Assembly: GCA_051362555.1 (NCBI GenBank)
Contig: CM120641.1
Location: forward strand, 37,702,401 to 37,766,400
DNA: 64,000 bases
Source: Lingula anatina
Taxonomy: Eukaryota > Animalia > Brachiopoda
Direction: 5' to 3'
Under the pieces are notes generated by a model. The model saw only the letters and a program-made list of their open reading frames with translations, was not told the origin of the DNA and searched no databases. Position 1 is the stretch's first letter. Every line of letters begins with the position of its first letter. Made by a program: the position numbers and the translations under genes. Positions 1 through 13,200 of this stretch are shown here, piece after piece.

Positions 1-3000
1 CTATATAGTGAATAGGCAAGGTAATCTATTGTCAAAGCTCGGTCAGCTGTTTTGTTAACTTCTGTATCAAGTGTGTTTAATGCCTCCTCCATCCATAAAA
101 TACAGTGATAATAATCTCCAGCATTGTAGGCAGTTCTGCCCAATTCAAAGCAATCCTCAGCTGAAACAAAACACACAAACAAGATAGGCACCAAGCAGTT
201 AGTACTAAACAACTAATAAATACATCAACCAGGCCTGTAGACAAGCAATTTTAAGGGGGAGGGGAAGGTGGTTCTTTATCCGAAAAGGTAAACCTTTTTG
301 TGTGTTCACAGAAGCTAAATCAAAATTTGATTCCGAGTGGACCCTTTTCCAACCAAAAAGGCAATCTGTTCCAACCCCCCCCCCCCCCCTTTGCCTAAGG
401 GCCTGTCAACTAAGCTACAATATCTGTGTGCATACTAAATGGCAAGCTCCAGGGATCAAGCATTGGTTTGTTAATATTCAACCCACAATCGTATTCTGAA
501 ATCAAAGCTACTTTTTTAATCTGAAATCAATGTCTAATGAAGTAAAGGACTTGGTAGGCCATAAAGCAATACTGAAGTACTAGTAAATATGTAACTTGAA
601 CATTTACAGTATGTTTAGATAACTGGAATTATTAATTAAACATTTACAAATTTTATAAACAAAATGATAATTAATACCACTGAATCTGCCCTGGAAACGA
701 AGTGAATTTTTACCCTACAAATCAAATCACCAAGTTCACAAATTATTTGATCAAATATTATCTAGAATTTGAAAACAGCTTCCTAGCAGAAAGAACTTAT
801 GGGTAAGACTTACCTGTCATTTCTGGAGAGTTCTTGACTCCCTGCAGTTCCCCCTTGGCAATCTGAGCAGTTGGGAGGTTGTAAGTGTCCTGTAACCTCA
901 GCAGGGCAGTTGCAGCCCCCTCGAAGTCTTCTTGCACTGGGAACTCAGACCCTCTATTGTGAAGCCGAGCAATTAAATCTGAAAATCATATATAAAATGC
1001 AAATAGTAAAAGATTTCACATAATGGAGTGTACACCTCTATTGTCAGGACTTCTGGTCACCCTTGGTTTGACATTCACACTTTGATTCTGAGTTTTTAGC
1101 CTTAAACACTTTTGCTCTAAAACTAATGAATAAGTATAGGAGGTCGATTTCTTTTTCTTCAGAGTGTGAACATATGTTTAAATGTGTGCACCTAGATTTT
1201 TCGACATTAAGTGATCACAGGCCATGCCACATGTAAGAAGACTGAATTATCATAACGGTGAGCAACAAAAGGTTACATAATCAGTCTTACCTGTGGAATT
1301 AGCTTTAACAAGTCCATCTACAATTCTTTCCCAGTCTATTGTGAACCTTTTCACTAACAAGTATGCATTCACTGGGTTGCCCAAATGCTTTTCTATATCA
1401 CTCAAAGCTTCTTGACTATGCCGCTCATAGTCTTCTGCAACTCTGTAATGATATATATAGGTATTATCACTATTCCTTGGTAGTCATAAGCCAAAAAACA
1501 AAACAAAACAAAAAAGATGTGCAATACCCATGCAAATGCAATAAAAATACAAAAATGAGATTGCTTGATACCTGAGTTCAACATAAACATCTTAAAACCT
1601 ACATATCTAAATAAATAATAAAAATAGTACTGTTTTGTGTGAGAAGCATGACTGTTTAGATGACTACCATACTGATAGTGATATCATTTTCTCAGCACAT
1701 TAAAAACAGCACATTAAAAACAAAGTTTTCATCAACAATTGTTTGTGAATTGTGTCAGTGTTACTTAGATAAACCCTGATAACAAGACTACTAAATCATT
1801 TTAATTCAACTCAAAAGAATAGTCATAATTCAAGCCCCTATACCTTGAAGGTAGAACAGATTTTTTTCTTCCTAAAACACGGAAAAGGCAGACATGATGT
1901 CTCTATATAACCAAATAAATGACATTGGCTAAAAATTCAAGGTCCTTGTGACAAGTGACAAATTATCATATCCAGGCCCTTTATCATGTTCAGTATCATC
2001 AGAAATCCCTATCTGCATTTGCCTACAGGCATAGGCTAAATAAAAAACATCCACTGCCTAAAGTGAAAACCCATCAAACAAAATTGCACATTTCCCATTT
2101 TTCTAAATGTATATAACAATTTTCATTGCCATATTATTTCTATGTATACTGCCAACTTTTATAGTTTGTAAATGCTTTACCGATGGCACTGAAATGTGGA
2201 TAGTAATTCCAGACGATTACTCAGTCATTATCTTAATTCAAAAAGCATGTGTGTATTAAATTGTAAAGAATAGACGGACATTATATATAGTTAACCTGCA
2301 AATTATACTTTCCCTTATCATAAGCCAGCAAACTTGCAGTATGTTTTTTAATGAAAGTAAGATTAATTAGGTAATATTTTTCAGATAAACAGAATATATG
2401 TAACAGGAAATAACAAGACCAGCTATGTGACCAAAAACAAAAATAACAGCTATTTTCATTTCAATTCTATTTCCTTTGATAACCACAGAGTTCCCACATA
2501 TTATACAAAAATGCATATAGATTTATTTCTTCAGTAAGTCGATCTAAACCTATTAAAATTAATTTACATCTAAACTACTTCAATTAATGTACCTTAACTA
2601 CAATACACATTATAATATACCAGCATGTGATCCAAAAATTACCCACCTAAGCATGTACATTATGTAATTCAGGAAATAGAATTTCCTTTAGTAATCACCC
2701 GAATTAAACTCTGATATCTCCAAAGGCAGTCTAGACAAACTGCAGAGAGTACTTATTGAGCCGAGATATTATCTCCTACAAGGGAGACTGGGGGTAATGA
2801 TAGTGTAGTCTCTGTGATAACATCCACGGTTTTATGATTAAGCGATGATAATGGTCCCCTTAAGTTTGCCAAACCGTGACATCAGTAAAGGTGAATCTTT
2901 TACTTATACTTATTATCAAAGAACGGTTCAATGACTTGTTCTTCTCTAAGAGGAAAAATTGGCAGCAGACAAAATTCACAGAAGGTCATCGCCTTTTGTG

Positions 3001-3790
3001 TCATTAGTCTATTTTTTATTTCCTTTACAGATATGGTAAAATTTATATCATAAAAAATATATGCTAAGTGCATTTAAAAAAGAATTCACACCAGTAATTA
3101 TTTTCTCATAACCCTCTAATTTCTGCATAATAATAATATCAATAAAATAGACAATAAATGAAACATTTTGTTTAATATGCATTATTCCAGTCAAAGAGTA
3201 CTGGTAGAATTTAATTTAAAAACCACATAGCATGAATTCTTCCTACTCAAGCTCATTTCATGTTGATTGCCTGACCTTAAATTCCCCATACATTTCTTAA
3301 ATTGTTCTTATTTTCCCCCCTGCTACTACTTTAGTGATTATAAAATGTCTATGTGAAACTCAAATTAGGTACAGTAAATGAAAAAAATGAAAAAAAAAAC
3401 AAAAACAAAAACAAAACCACTGCAGTTACACAACTAAGTTTTAGCGTAATTGTTGTAAGCAAGCAATAAAATGACCACCTTTATTCTTTTTTAACCATCA
3501 ATTTCACCTCAGTTTATATCCCTCCAGCCACGTTGACTGGGAACAATTTCCTGTGAAATCTGATACTCTTTAGCTGAGCTAAGGCACGTACTGAGTCCTT
3601 ACTTTTTTAATCGTTTTAACCTCTCCTCCTCCATTTCTATATGGCTTTTTATTTCTAGGGCTATATCTTTTTCTGTAAGGAGCACCTTTTGTAGGTCACT
3701 GAGGGAAGTAAAGACCTCAGATCCCGCAAAGTCTACTAGAGTAACAACGGCTAGAATTTGTAGAAAGTTCGCCGTGGGTAGCAGCTCCAT
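1..3790 (-). CDS. P4HA: Prolyl 4-hydroxylase alpha subunit, 5' part (gene continues beyond the left edge)
   Basis: Coding exons 3790-3603, 1442-1291, 978-814 and 160-<1 join in frame through GT-AG introns. Translation gives a signal peptide MELLPTANFLQILAVVTLVDFAGS then EVFTSLSDL, followed by HLGNPVNAYLLVKRFTIDW, FPVQEDFEGAATALLRLQDTYNL and AEDCFELGRTAYNAGDYYHCILWMEEAL...IDYLAYSLY. These are the collagen P4H alpha N-terminal and TPR substrate-binding motifs. Confidence 0.95.
230..405. mobile_element. ~175-bp MITE, CAGG..CCTG termini, 5-bp TSD (family A)
   Basis: Runs CAGGCCTGTAGACAAG to TTGCCTAAGGGCCTG, with TCAAC on both sides (225-229 and 406-410). Related copies are at 14845-15028, ~54099-54268 and ~57023-57190. 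Confidence 0.7.
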
Positions 3791-4160
3791 CTTTCTCCGC
3801 TCTGAAAATGAACTGTGAATTTCAACAAGAGGCGCTGGGATTATAAAAAGACAATAAATTACAGTCACGAGGCGCTACATTGTATAATACGTCCTGTGGA
3901 GACAGTGAGAAGGGTGTGTCCCTACACCCACCCAGAGGCCAAATACGCAATGACCCACACCGGGCATTGTGCGCCGATTGCTTTGCCATTGACTAAGATC
4001 TAAACAAACATTTAAACACATCGGCTTCATGCTTTTAGACTTTTTAAAAATGAAATGTACGAACTTTAAGGGCTTTATACAGTTACTTAATATCTTAGGT
4101 AGAAACCTGTTTATACAAATAGATACTAAATGATGCTTTTGATCAAATACAACTACTTAC

Positions 4161-4256
4161 CCTTCTAGAACCACAGTGAAACACGTCAACTGGCTGACCC
4201 AGTTTTTATTGAAACCTCAATTAGTCACATGACCCAGAATCACATGACAAACCAAA
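4161..4256. promoter_or_regulatory. Compact bidirectional promoter region shared by P4HA (minus) and ceramidase 1 (plus); probable P4HA non-coding exon 1
   Basis: Minus-strand donor GTAAGT at 4160-4155 and acceptor TTTTCAG ending at 3802, just upstream of the P4HA ATG. The ceramidase ATG is at 4257. Two TCACATGAC motifs lie at 4225-4233 and 4240-4248. The region is locally CpG-retaining. Confidence 0.55.
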
Positions 4257-7200
4257 ATGGTGGACTGTAGAGTTGCCTGGAAAAGTAGTTTTGCCTTCTT
4301 GGTTTGTTTTGTCGTCGGCTGTCATGGAGTTGCTCATTATTATATAGGAACAGGGATCGCTGATGTTACGGGACCCGCGGCAGAAGTTGATATGGTATAA
4401 GTGGACATCTCGAGTAATGTTTTTGTCTCGAATGTTGCCTAACAACCAAGATAGTGGCCGACAAATGACGATGCTTTTTGGTCCCCGAAAAGCCACTTAT
4501 GATAACACGAAAATGATAACACTTTTTTAATGAATTTTATATGTGGTTGGCTATTAGTTTATTGATAAGTAAATGGTGTCCTTTTGTAAAATGCATGAAG
4601 TCAAGCGAAAACGATATATGAATTATATCCAAGTGTAAGCTTATGGTTACAATTTGTCTTTGGATTTCAGATGTTTTAATTAAAATTAGTAAAAAGAAAC
4701 CATAGATATTTTACATAACAATTTTATGGTTGATTTTAGATGGGCTATGCCAATCCTGCCCAGACAAGCCATGGAATCCATCTCCGCCAGTACAGCAGGG
4801 CATTTATTATTGCTGATGCTGCTAAGAAGTCTAGGGTAGTCTTTGTCAATGTTGATGCATGTATGATATCCGAAATTTTGAAAATACAGGTACAGTTTAA
4901 AATTAGATAGGAAATTTAAGGTTAACTCATTTTGCATTGAAATTGTTTCTAGTAGTTATTTTGTGCATGTTTTTAATATAATGGATTTTCTTATATATAT
5001 ATATAAAAAACTTTAATGTTACTCTTTCATTGACCCAAATTATGTTTAAGAGTCAATTTGACTTCTATATTTAAATACTTCTTATATTTATGTTGGAATA
5101 GATACAATACAGTATTTCTGTTTGTTTCATTTGTAAGCATAACTTCATAATTTTCATATTTTGTGGATACAAGAAGATGTGAATAAAAAACAAAAAATAT
5201 TTTAAAAAGTTGTTGAATTCCACATATTGTAGAATTTCATTAGATTAGACTTTGACTTGTTATGAATTACCTATTCAGTTACATATTAACTTGGATGGCA
5301 TCACATTGTTTGTATTTAGGTAGTCCAAAAGCTGCAAACATTATATCATGGTCTTTACAATGATTCTAATGTCTGCCTAAGTGGAATTCATACTCACTCT
5401 GGACCTGGTGGATTCCATCAATATGTGTTGTTTGACGTCACATCTCTTGGCTTTGTGAAGGAAAGTTTGGATTCTCTAGTGAATGGAATTGTGAAGGTAA
5501 GCCTTTAATTCTTTGGGAATGGGTCTTTCTACATGTAGGTATTAAAATTGTAATCATAGAATCAAGAGGAAGATTGACAAAGCACAGTTATACATATGGT
5601 TGCAATATACTGTCATAAACAAGTTGGATTGGTGCTGTCACCAGGATAAAGCTTGCACTCACATATATATATCCAACATTGTAGACTGCTACATGTACTT
5701 GTGCTCAACAAACTTTTTTTGGATTTAACATACATTAAATCAATGAAAAACTATTCTTCTGGCTTTCTTTTACATATAATTTAATCCCCATTGCAAAGAA
5801 AATTGTTTCTTATCATTTGGTTCTGAAAGCTGCCATGGTTTCAGGCCAGGAAGAGGCGTGTCAGTCAGTAAAAGTCCCCACATAATTGGAGTGATCTACA
5901 TAGACCGATAGTTTCTTTGAAAAAGGGGGTCTTATTGGTGCACCTCACTGAGGTCCATCCACCAATATTATAAAATCATATTTTCTGATAAGCATGCATT
6001 TTTGGCCCTTTAATTTCACATGGTACACATGTCACAATGCTGTTAACCTTCTTCTTTTTTGAAGACTGTTGATGTACAAAATTAGATATTCTAATTATAG
6101 AGCATCCAAAATGCCCACAACAACATGGTTGCAGGAAATATTTACATCAATACAGGAGAACTGTTGGATAGCAACATCATCCGCAGCCCTTCCGCATACC
6201 TAAATAACCCAGCAGAGGAAAAGGCCAGGTGAGAATTAATCGTGACTTAGTAAAAAAATTCAGGTGTTATTCTTCATATTTTCTTACAAAATATGGATTT
6301 CCTTCCAGTAAATTTTTTGTCTGCATTGTGCTTATTTCTTAAATGGATTGGATATTATATTTGACATTATCTTATGATTGATTGTGCTCTTTATCTCGTA
6401 ATCATCTCATGTTACTTTATTTTATAGATACAAGTACAATGTGGACAAGAACATGACTGTTTTGAAATTTGTTGATGAAAACAGCAAACCTCTCGGCATG
6501 ATCAGGTATATTCTTTATCTACCCTCTTTTTTGATCTTGAATTTTACCTGCCATTATGTTTGTCTTATTAAAGAAGCAGTGTTTCTTAAGCATTTCTCTA
6601 ATAAAGTTACTTTTTTTTTCACAAATGATCATAAAATTTTGTAAGAAGAAGAATGTCATAATAAAGCTATAGAGGTTAATATTTAAGAAGGCAAATACTC
6701 AGTACAATCCATTTCCAGCTGGTTTGCTGTTCATTGCACCAGTATGAACAACACCAATGGTTATATAAGTGGAGATAACAAAGGATATGCAGCACAGCTG
6801 TTTGAAAGAGAGATGAACCCAGGGAGTCTGCCAGGAGAGGTAAATCTGGGACATTTGGTTGTAAATATTGTATTCATATTTGGACACTCTATCTTTCTTT
6901 TGTATGTATGTACCCAATGTATTCCCATTCCAACATGTTTGGTTGATGAAAGAATTAATTAAGCTTTAATTGTATGTTAAAAGGTCTTTTTTTTATTTCA
7001 CATGCAAGAAGATAGAAACTGATTAAATGCACATAAATGTCATGTGTAAATTTATAAGCTGTCACACAGTTTACTGCTGTCATGTTCCTGAAATTTTTGC
7101 CTATCCTATCACTTGACTTTTATTAGGGGAAGTTTGTGGCAGCTTTTGCCCAGAGTAATGAAGGTGATGTATCTCCAAACACCAAGGGACCGCACTGCAT

Positions 7201-10200
7201 CAACACTGGGAAACCATGTGATATCTTGACCAGCACTTGCGAAGGAAAGGTATGGGACATGTCTCACATATTGAAACTCGTGCAGAGTTGCCTGATATGT
7301 TATTTACTGCATCCAGTACCATTTTAGCAATAGTTATTGTAGAATGCAAGAATTATGATTCTTATATAACTTGGTCAAGCATAGGAGTTATCTACCAATC
7401 CAAGCTCCCACCTACTCAATGTGCTGATCTGGTTTATGTAAGATTTACAAGATTAACAAAGTCTCTTTTTCCTGCTGTTTTTTTTTTTTTTTTTTTTTTT
7501 TTTTTCAAGAAATAAGTCTATCCAAAGATGTAAATGTATATCATTTGTAGGATAAAATGTTGTTGGAGATAATCATTCCACTTTAGTTGTAACCCTCTGT
7601 TATGAGTATAACTTTTGTTAAATACTTTCAGAATGAGCTTTGTATCGCATCAGGTCCAGGAAGAGATATGTATGAGAGCACAAAGATTATTGGAGGAAAC
7701 CAGTTCAAGAAAGCAAAAGTAAGTTTTATGTACCACAGATTTACACCAGCAATTTATATATATATTACTGTAAACCTTTACATAATGTCTGATGTATTGA
7801 AATAGAACAAGAAATTAAAAGTTCATTTAAATGTAATGATAATCTTTTACAATAATATCAATGAAAAAAGGACCTCACTGATGCTGATTAAGCACACAGT
7901 TATAGCTCTTTTATACAAATATGCCCAATCACTTGTTTTTCCTGTTTTTTTCCACAGGAATTATTTGATAGGGCCAGCACTCTTCTGACCGGTCCAGTGG
8001 ACTACAGGCATCAGTTTGTGAACATGTCCATCCAGATTGTCCAAGTAAATGCCACACATAATGTAAGTAATGCATGTGATGGGAGTATTGCTTTTATAGT
8101 ATTACACAATATCTTAGACTGCATCTTTTTTTACTTAAATCACTATTAATAGTGATTTTTAAGGTTGTAATGTATTTTAACAAAAGTGATTTTTTTCAGG
8201 CCACTACTTGCCCTCCAGCTATGGGATATAGTTTTGCTGCAGGAACAACTGATGGGCCAGGCATGTTTGACTTCACACAAGGTGAGTTGCAGGCATGCAA
8301 ACAATTTTTTCTCTCTACTTAACATATTTTATGTAAATATTTTTAAAAAATCTTCTGACACTTTTTTAAAGAGCCAAACTATTATTATTAATGTAAGTAA
8401 AATAATTATGATGTTCAGGTTGTCTCATATTTTGGAAATATAATCTTTCAATATTTTGAACAATATTTTAATAAAATTTTTTTAGATAGAAATACTTTGA
8501 GGATACTAAGTACCAGAAGGCATACTGCTTAGATATGTTGTGAGAAAATTAACAATATTCAAATTCTATCACTATGTTTGCTTGACTGTTGCCCTTGAAG
8601 GAATGTCTTTTTTTGCTTAAAAATCTTGAGGAGTAAGAAGCGGTTATGTTCATAACTGCAAATTGGACCAGACATTGGGTGCAGTTTTTTGTTTTTACAT
8701 ATTTAGCTCATATTCTTCTTAGCATACCAGTGCATGCTCACAAGTCTACAAATGTGTATATGTACATTTTGCTTGACAAGGTTCTCGGCAAACCTCATTA
8801 TTTTGGAATGTGGTAAGAAATATGGTCAAGAAGCCAAGTTCACACCAGGAGCAGTGTCATCATCCTAAACCAATACTTCTTGATACTGGAGAGGTAGAGG
8901 AGGGACATGCATGCCACAAGATGTCTGAATGAACATAAATAACCTTTTTTACCCTGGGGAATGCACTTTATAAGATAGCACAGACTTTCTCTACTTCTTT
9001 ACAGAGACTTATGTCATTCATCCACAGTTTTCTGATTTTATAAATGAATTAGATTTTTATAACATCTTTGAAGAGGAAAAGTACTTGTATGTCAATTTTT
9101 TTTTAAAGTATTTGATTCAAAGAACTCCAATTTCATCATCATCATCATCATTTAGAGCCTATAGTGTTCCACTGTTGGACAAAGGCCTCAGCATGCTTTT
9201 TCCATTGTTTCCTATCCTGAGCCTCAGATTTCCAGTTTGGCCAAGGTTTCTTCTTCCAAGACTTCCAGTAGTCATCTAATTCATCCCTCCATCGTTTGAC
9301 CGGCCTTCCTCTTTTTCTTTGTCCATACCTTGGGATCCATTCTGTAAGTCTGATTGTCCACCTATTGTCCTTCATTCTTTTGACATGTCCTGCCCACCTC
9401 CATTTCATTTCTTTAACTGTGAGCAGTACGTCCTTAACTTTGGTCTGTTCACGTAACCATACATTCGAACTCCAATTTGTCATTATTGATATCCATTTGA
9501 CAACCTCTTCAGAGATGTTATTTTTTATTCATCTTCTTAATATCTGCATGCTAACGTCTCCAAACAATTCAAGCATGGCTCCATTTTGCACTCTCAAATC
9601 TGAAAATGGTTCCCTGAAGACCTAAAGAATAATGTGCATGTTATCTATCCCTTCTAACACGTTCCTCACATGTTTATAGGTTCAACTACAAGCAACCCAT
9701 TTTGGAATGTTATCCGTGACTTCTTATCCAAACCCACTCCTCAACAAATTAAGTGTCAGCATCCTAAGCCCATCCTCTTGAACACAGGAGAGGTAAGTGT
9801 GAAAACCTGTTGCATCCAGTTTTGGATCCATAATTTATTACAAGGCCATAAAAGTGATACTGATTGAGTAAACACAATTGCTTAAAAATTAAATGAGATG
9901 GTTTGAACAGTAGATTTTTCTTTTTAGCTACTTACATGATATTTGAGTTTGATAGTATTCTACAGGTCCATAAGTGCAAACCTAAAACTTTCATGTTGAT
10001 TTTAGTTTGCCTCTTAGACTAATGAAAATTTTATTTCTTGTAGTGATTTTTGGTCATTAACGTTCTCACAATATTGTGTGGTTTTCAATAGATTTCTTTC
10101 CCATATCCATGGCAACCAAGTGTAGTTCCCACTCAGATTCTGAGGATTGGGGAGCTGATGATACTAGCAGTTCCTGGAGAATTTAGGTAACTTATTTTCA

Positions 10201-13200
10201 GTGGGGATATGTATTTATCCTGAAAGACCAAATCAAACATGACTGTTATTAGCATTGTTATTCAACACAGAAAATTTATGATGGATAATATAAGTAAAAA
10301 AATTGATGAAACTCTGATTTGTTCAAGTTTTGGAAAAATAGTTTTGATTTTCTAATCTTTCAGCACCATGTCAGGAAGAAGGTTGAGAAATGCAATTACT
10401 GAGGTAGCAAATATATACACCTTTATTTTATAAGTAATATCGATTGTAATATAAGGCCGTAGGCCTAATTTACAGAAATAAAGACCTTATTTAATATAAT
10501 TGATGAAATGTGCAAATTATGAAATACATGTGTTAAAACCAAACATCATACTCACTGCAAATAATACATAACATCTCACATTTAGTGTAAATTTAACCAG
10601 ACAAAAATTTGACTTGCTTTAGTTGATATTCCATGCAGCAAAACTTGCTAAGGGATACTTCAGAGCTGTATGCGACATTTACATCATTAGATAACTAGAT
10701 AAGTTTTATACTACTTCAGGAATTTTTTTTTTTTAGATTGCCATCCAGCATGGTTTCCCCTCCAACACCACCACTGTTGTTGCTGGACTGTCTAATGCCT
10801 ATGCAGATTACATTGCAACATATGAGGAATATCAGGTGAGTCTGAACAATGAAAAATATGTATTGAGTTCATGTAGATTATCAATAAAAAACACAATGAA
10901 ATTCAATTCAAAAGCTTAATTATCACAATGTCACAATGTTGAGCTTACATCTGCCATGCTTCTTGCCCTCCCACAAACTGATGTAGACAAGACTGACCAA
11001 AAAGTGAGATTTTTACTGTTTGTTATTCAGGAAACCTTTTATTTTGCACTACACATACTAGCTGATTAGTTTTTTGTTCACTTCGTGAAAATAGTTGAAG
11101 AGTATAGAGATTTTCTTACTTCACTGACAAATTGGGTAATAAAGTTTGTTTGTAAAATTCTTCAAGGTTAGTGTAAAGCCTAAAAGTTGAATGTGAACTT
11201 AGATTTTGATTCTGTATTTCAGATTCAGAGATACGAAGGTGCATCAACCATATTTGGCCCCCACACATTACAGGCCTATATTCAGAAGTTTAAAACATTG
11301 ACTGTGGCAATGGCTAGGGTAAGGAACAGGAGGGACTATGAACCCAGACAGCCTCAGTAATCTGGCCCACGTCTGGCCCAGATCTGGCAACGTCTGGCAA
11401 TATCTGGGCCAGATTTTGCCAGACACTTGCCAGATCTGGGCCAAGTCTGGCAAAGTCTGGCATTTATGCCACATTTTGCCAGACACTTGCCAGATCTGGG
11501 CCAAGTCTGGCAAACTCTGGCATTTATGCCACATTTTGCCAGATGCTGCCCAGACTTGGGCCAGATATGGTACTTTCATTTTCAATTTTTATTTTCTATT
11601 TATTTATTTTTTATTGACCAGTGAGCTGAATGCATTGAACTGACGTCATTTGATAAATATTGATTTAATTAATCTCTCTCTCTTTTCTTCAAAGTCCCCT
11701 CATAAGTGTGCTATTTGTTTAATTTGACTTGACATTTGAATGAATTCACTGTTCTAAAACTTTTTTGAACTACTCGTTCCGCTGTTGTAAGATTCCGCTT
11801 TTTATGCTAAGCCGGTCAAGGACCCGGATGTAGCGTTTCTTAGAGTTATGGATATGAAAAAAGCACAAGTGTATCAAACTGATAATTTGTTGAGTGATTT
11901 GATTCGTGATGCGATTTATTTCGAAGGCATCAACACTGGCGACGAGGATTAACACTAGTGCAAAACTGTGAGCCAACTTTCTTTGAAAAAATGGAGGAAA
12001 AATGTGAAATTACGAAATTCGAACCGTACAGAAGTCCGGAGACATTAGGGTCACGCTCGACGCGATGGCTAGACAGTTTTAAACTCTTCGCTGACGGAAA
12101 AGATTGATCTTTTCAAAACCAACGGACGGCATGAATAATGAACAAAAATAGAAAATTAAAAATACATGATAGAGGAGACGCGCGCTTATGTTGTATTCAG
12201 CAGGGACAGGTGTACAAGATATTTTCAGGACTCTCCCAAACACGGGTTAGAAACATTAGACAGTTAACGCTTTGAATGAAATTGGAACACCAGAAACTGT
12301 GAGTATGATGAAACCGAAGTCATTTGACAAACCAAGCCAGTCTAAACATTACGAGTTTAGACATGAAAAACGAAGTAGAAACTCCCTGACTGAGAAAACA
12401 TGGAACGTTGGATCACTTTGCAAAAGTCTGCAAAACTGAAACTATTATTCATGTAAATGACAGCTTTGAACATGATAATCCAGGAGTGCATATACATTTG
12501 GTGTGGGAACCAATGCAATATACACAGAAGACATGGAGGAAATAGAGGCGGTGTTAATCTCAGTGTATTACCAGATTCAGGTGCATATTGTAATATCATT
12601 GATGAAAATACATGGAGAATGCTGAAATCCAAGAAAAATAAATGTGGCTCTTGTGGAGGACTAGAAAACAAACAGTATTATTCATACACGTCTGAGAAAC
12701 CTTTAAAAGTGAAGGGAACATTTGAATGTGACGTAAAGGAAGAGACCAGTAGTAGTGAAAGGAAATGGGATTTGATATGAGTTGATAAGTTTTGAGAATT
12801 TTCAGTGTGGTTTAAGGAATAAAAGTTGGAGTTCATATGCTATTCTGCAAATGTTTGAAAGGACATTTTAAAGACTGAACTGTCAATAAACATGTTTTGA
12901 AAGGACCGTTTCTCTCCAAGAAAGGAAGGGATGTTGTGTTTTGACTTGACATTTGAATGAACTGTTAACTTGGTAGAGCTACTTGTTCCATATTGTTGAT
13001 TCCTTTAATAATTATAAGCTTGTCAAGATGTATCATTTCTTAGTGTTATGGATTTGAAAAAAGTGCAAACATTGCAAACTGGTTCAATTCATTGAGTGAT
13101 TTGATTCATGATGTGATTTAATTCAAAAGCATTGATACTGGGGTTTGTTTTTGTGCACATGTAATTCTCTTTTAATTGTACATCTATATCTGTGCTGGAG

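Noticed and set aside
8950-9625. Minus-strand stretch around the RTE insertion that looks like decayed coding sequence
   Set aside because: It has multiple stops and no motif I can recognise, so it cannot be assigned without a database search.
11937-11949. tRNA-Ser-like sequence
   Set aside because: It is only a 13-nt complement to the tRNA 3' end, i.e. a retroelement primer-binding site, not a tRNA gene.
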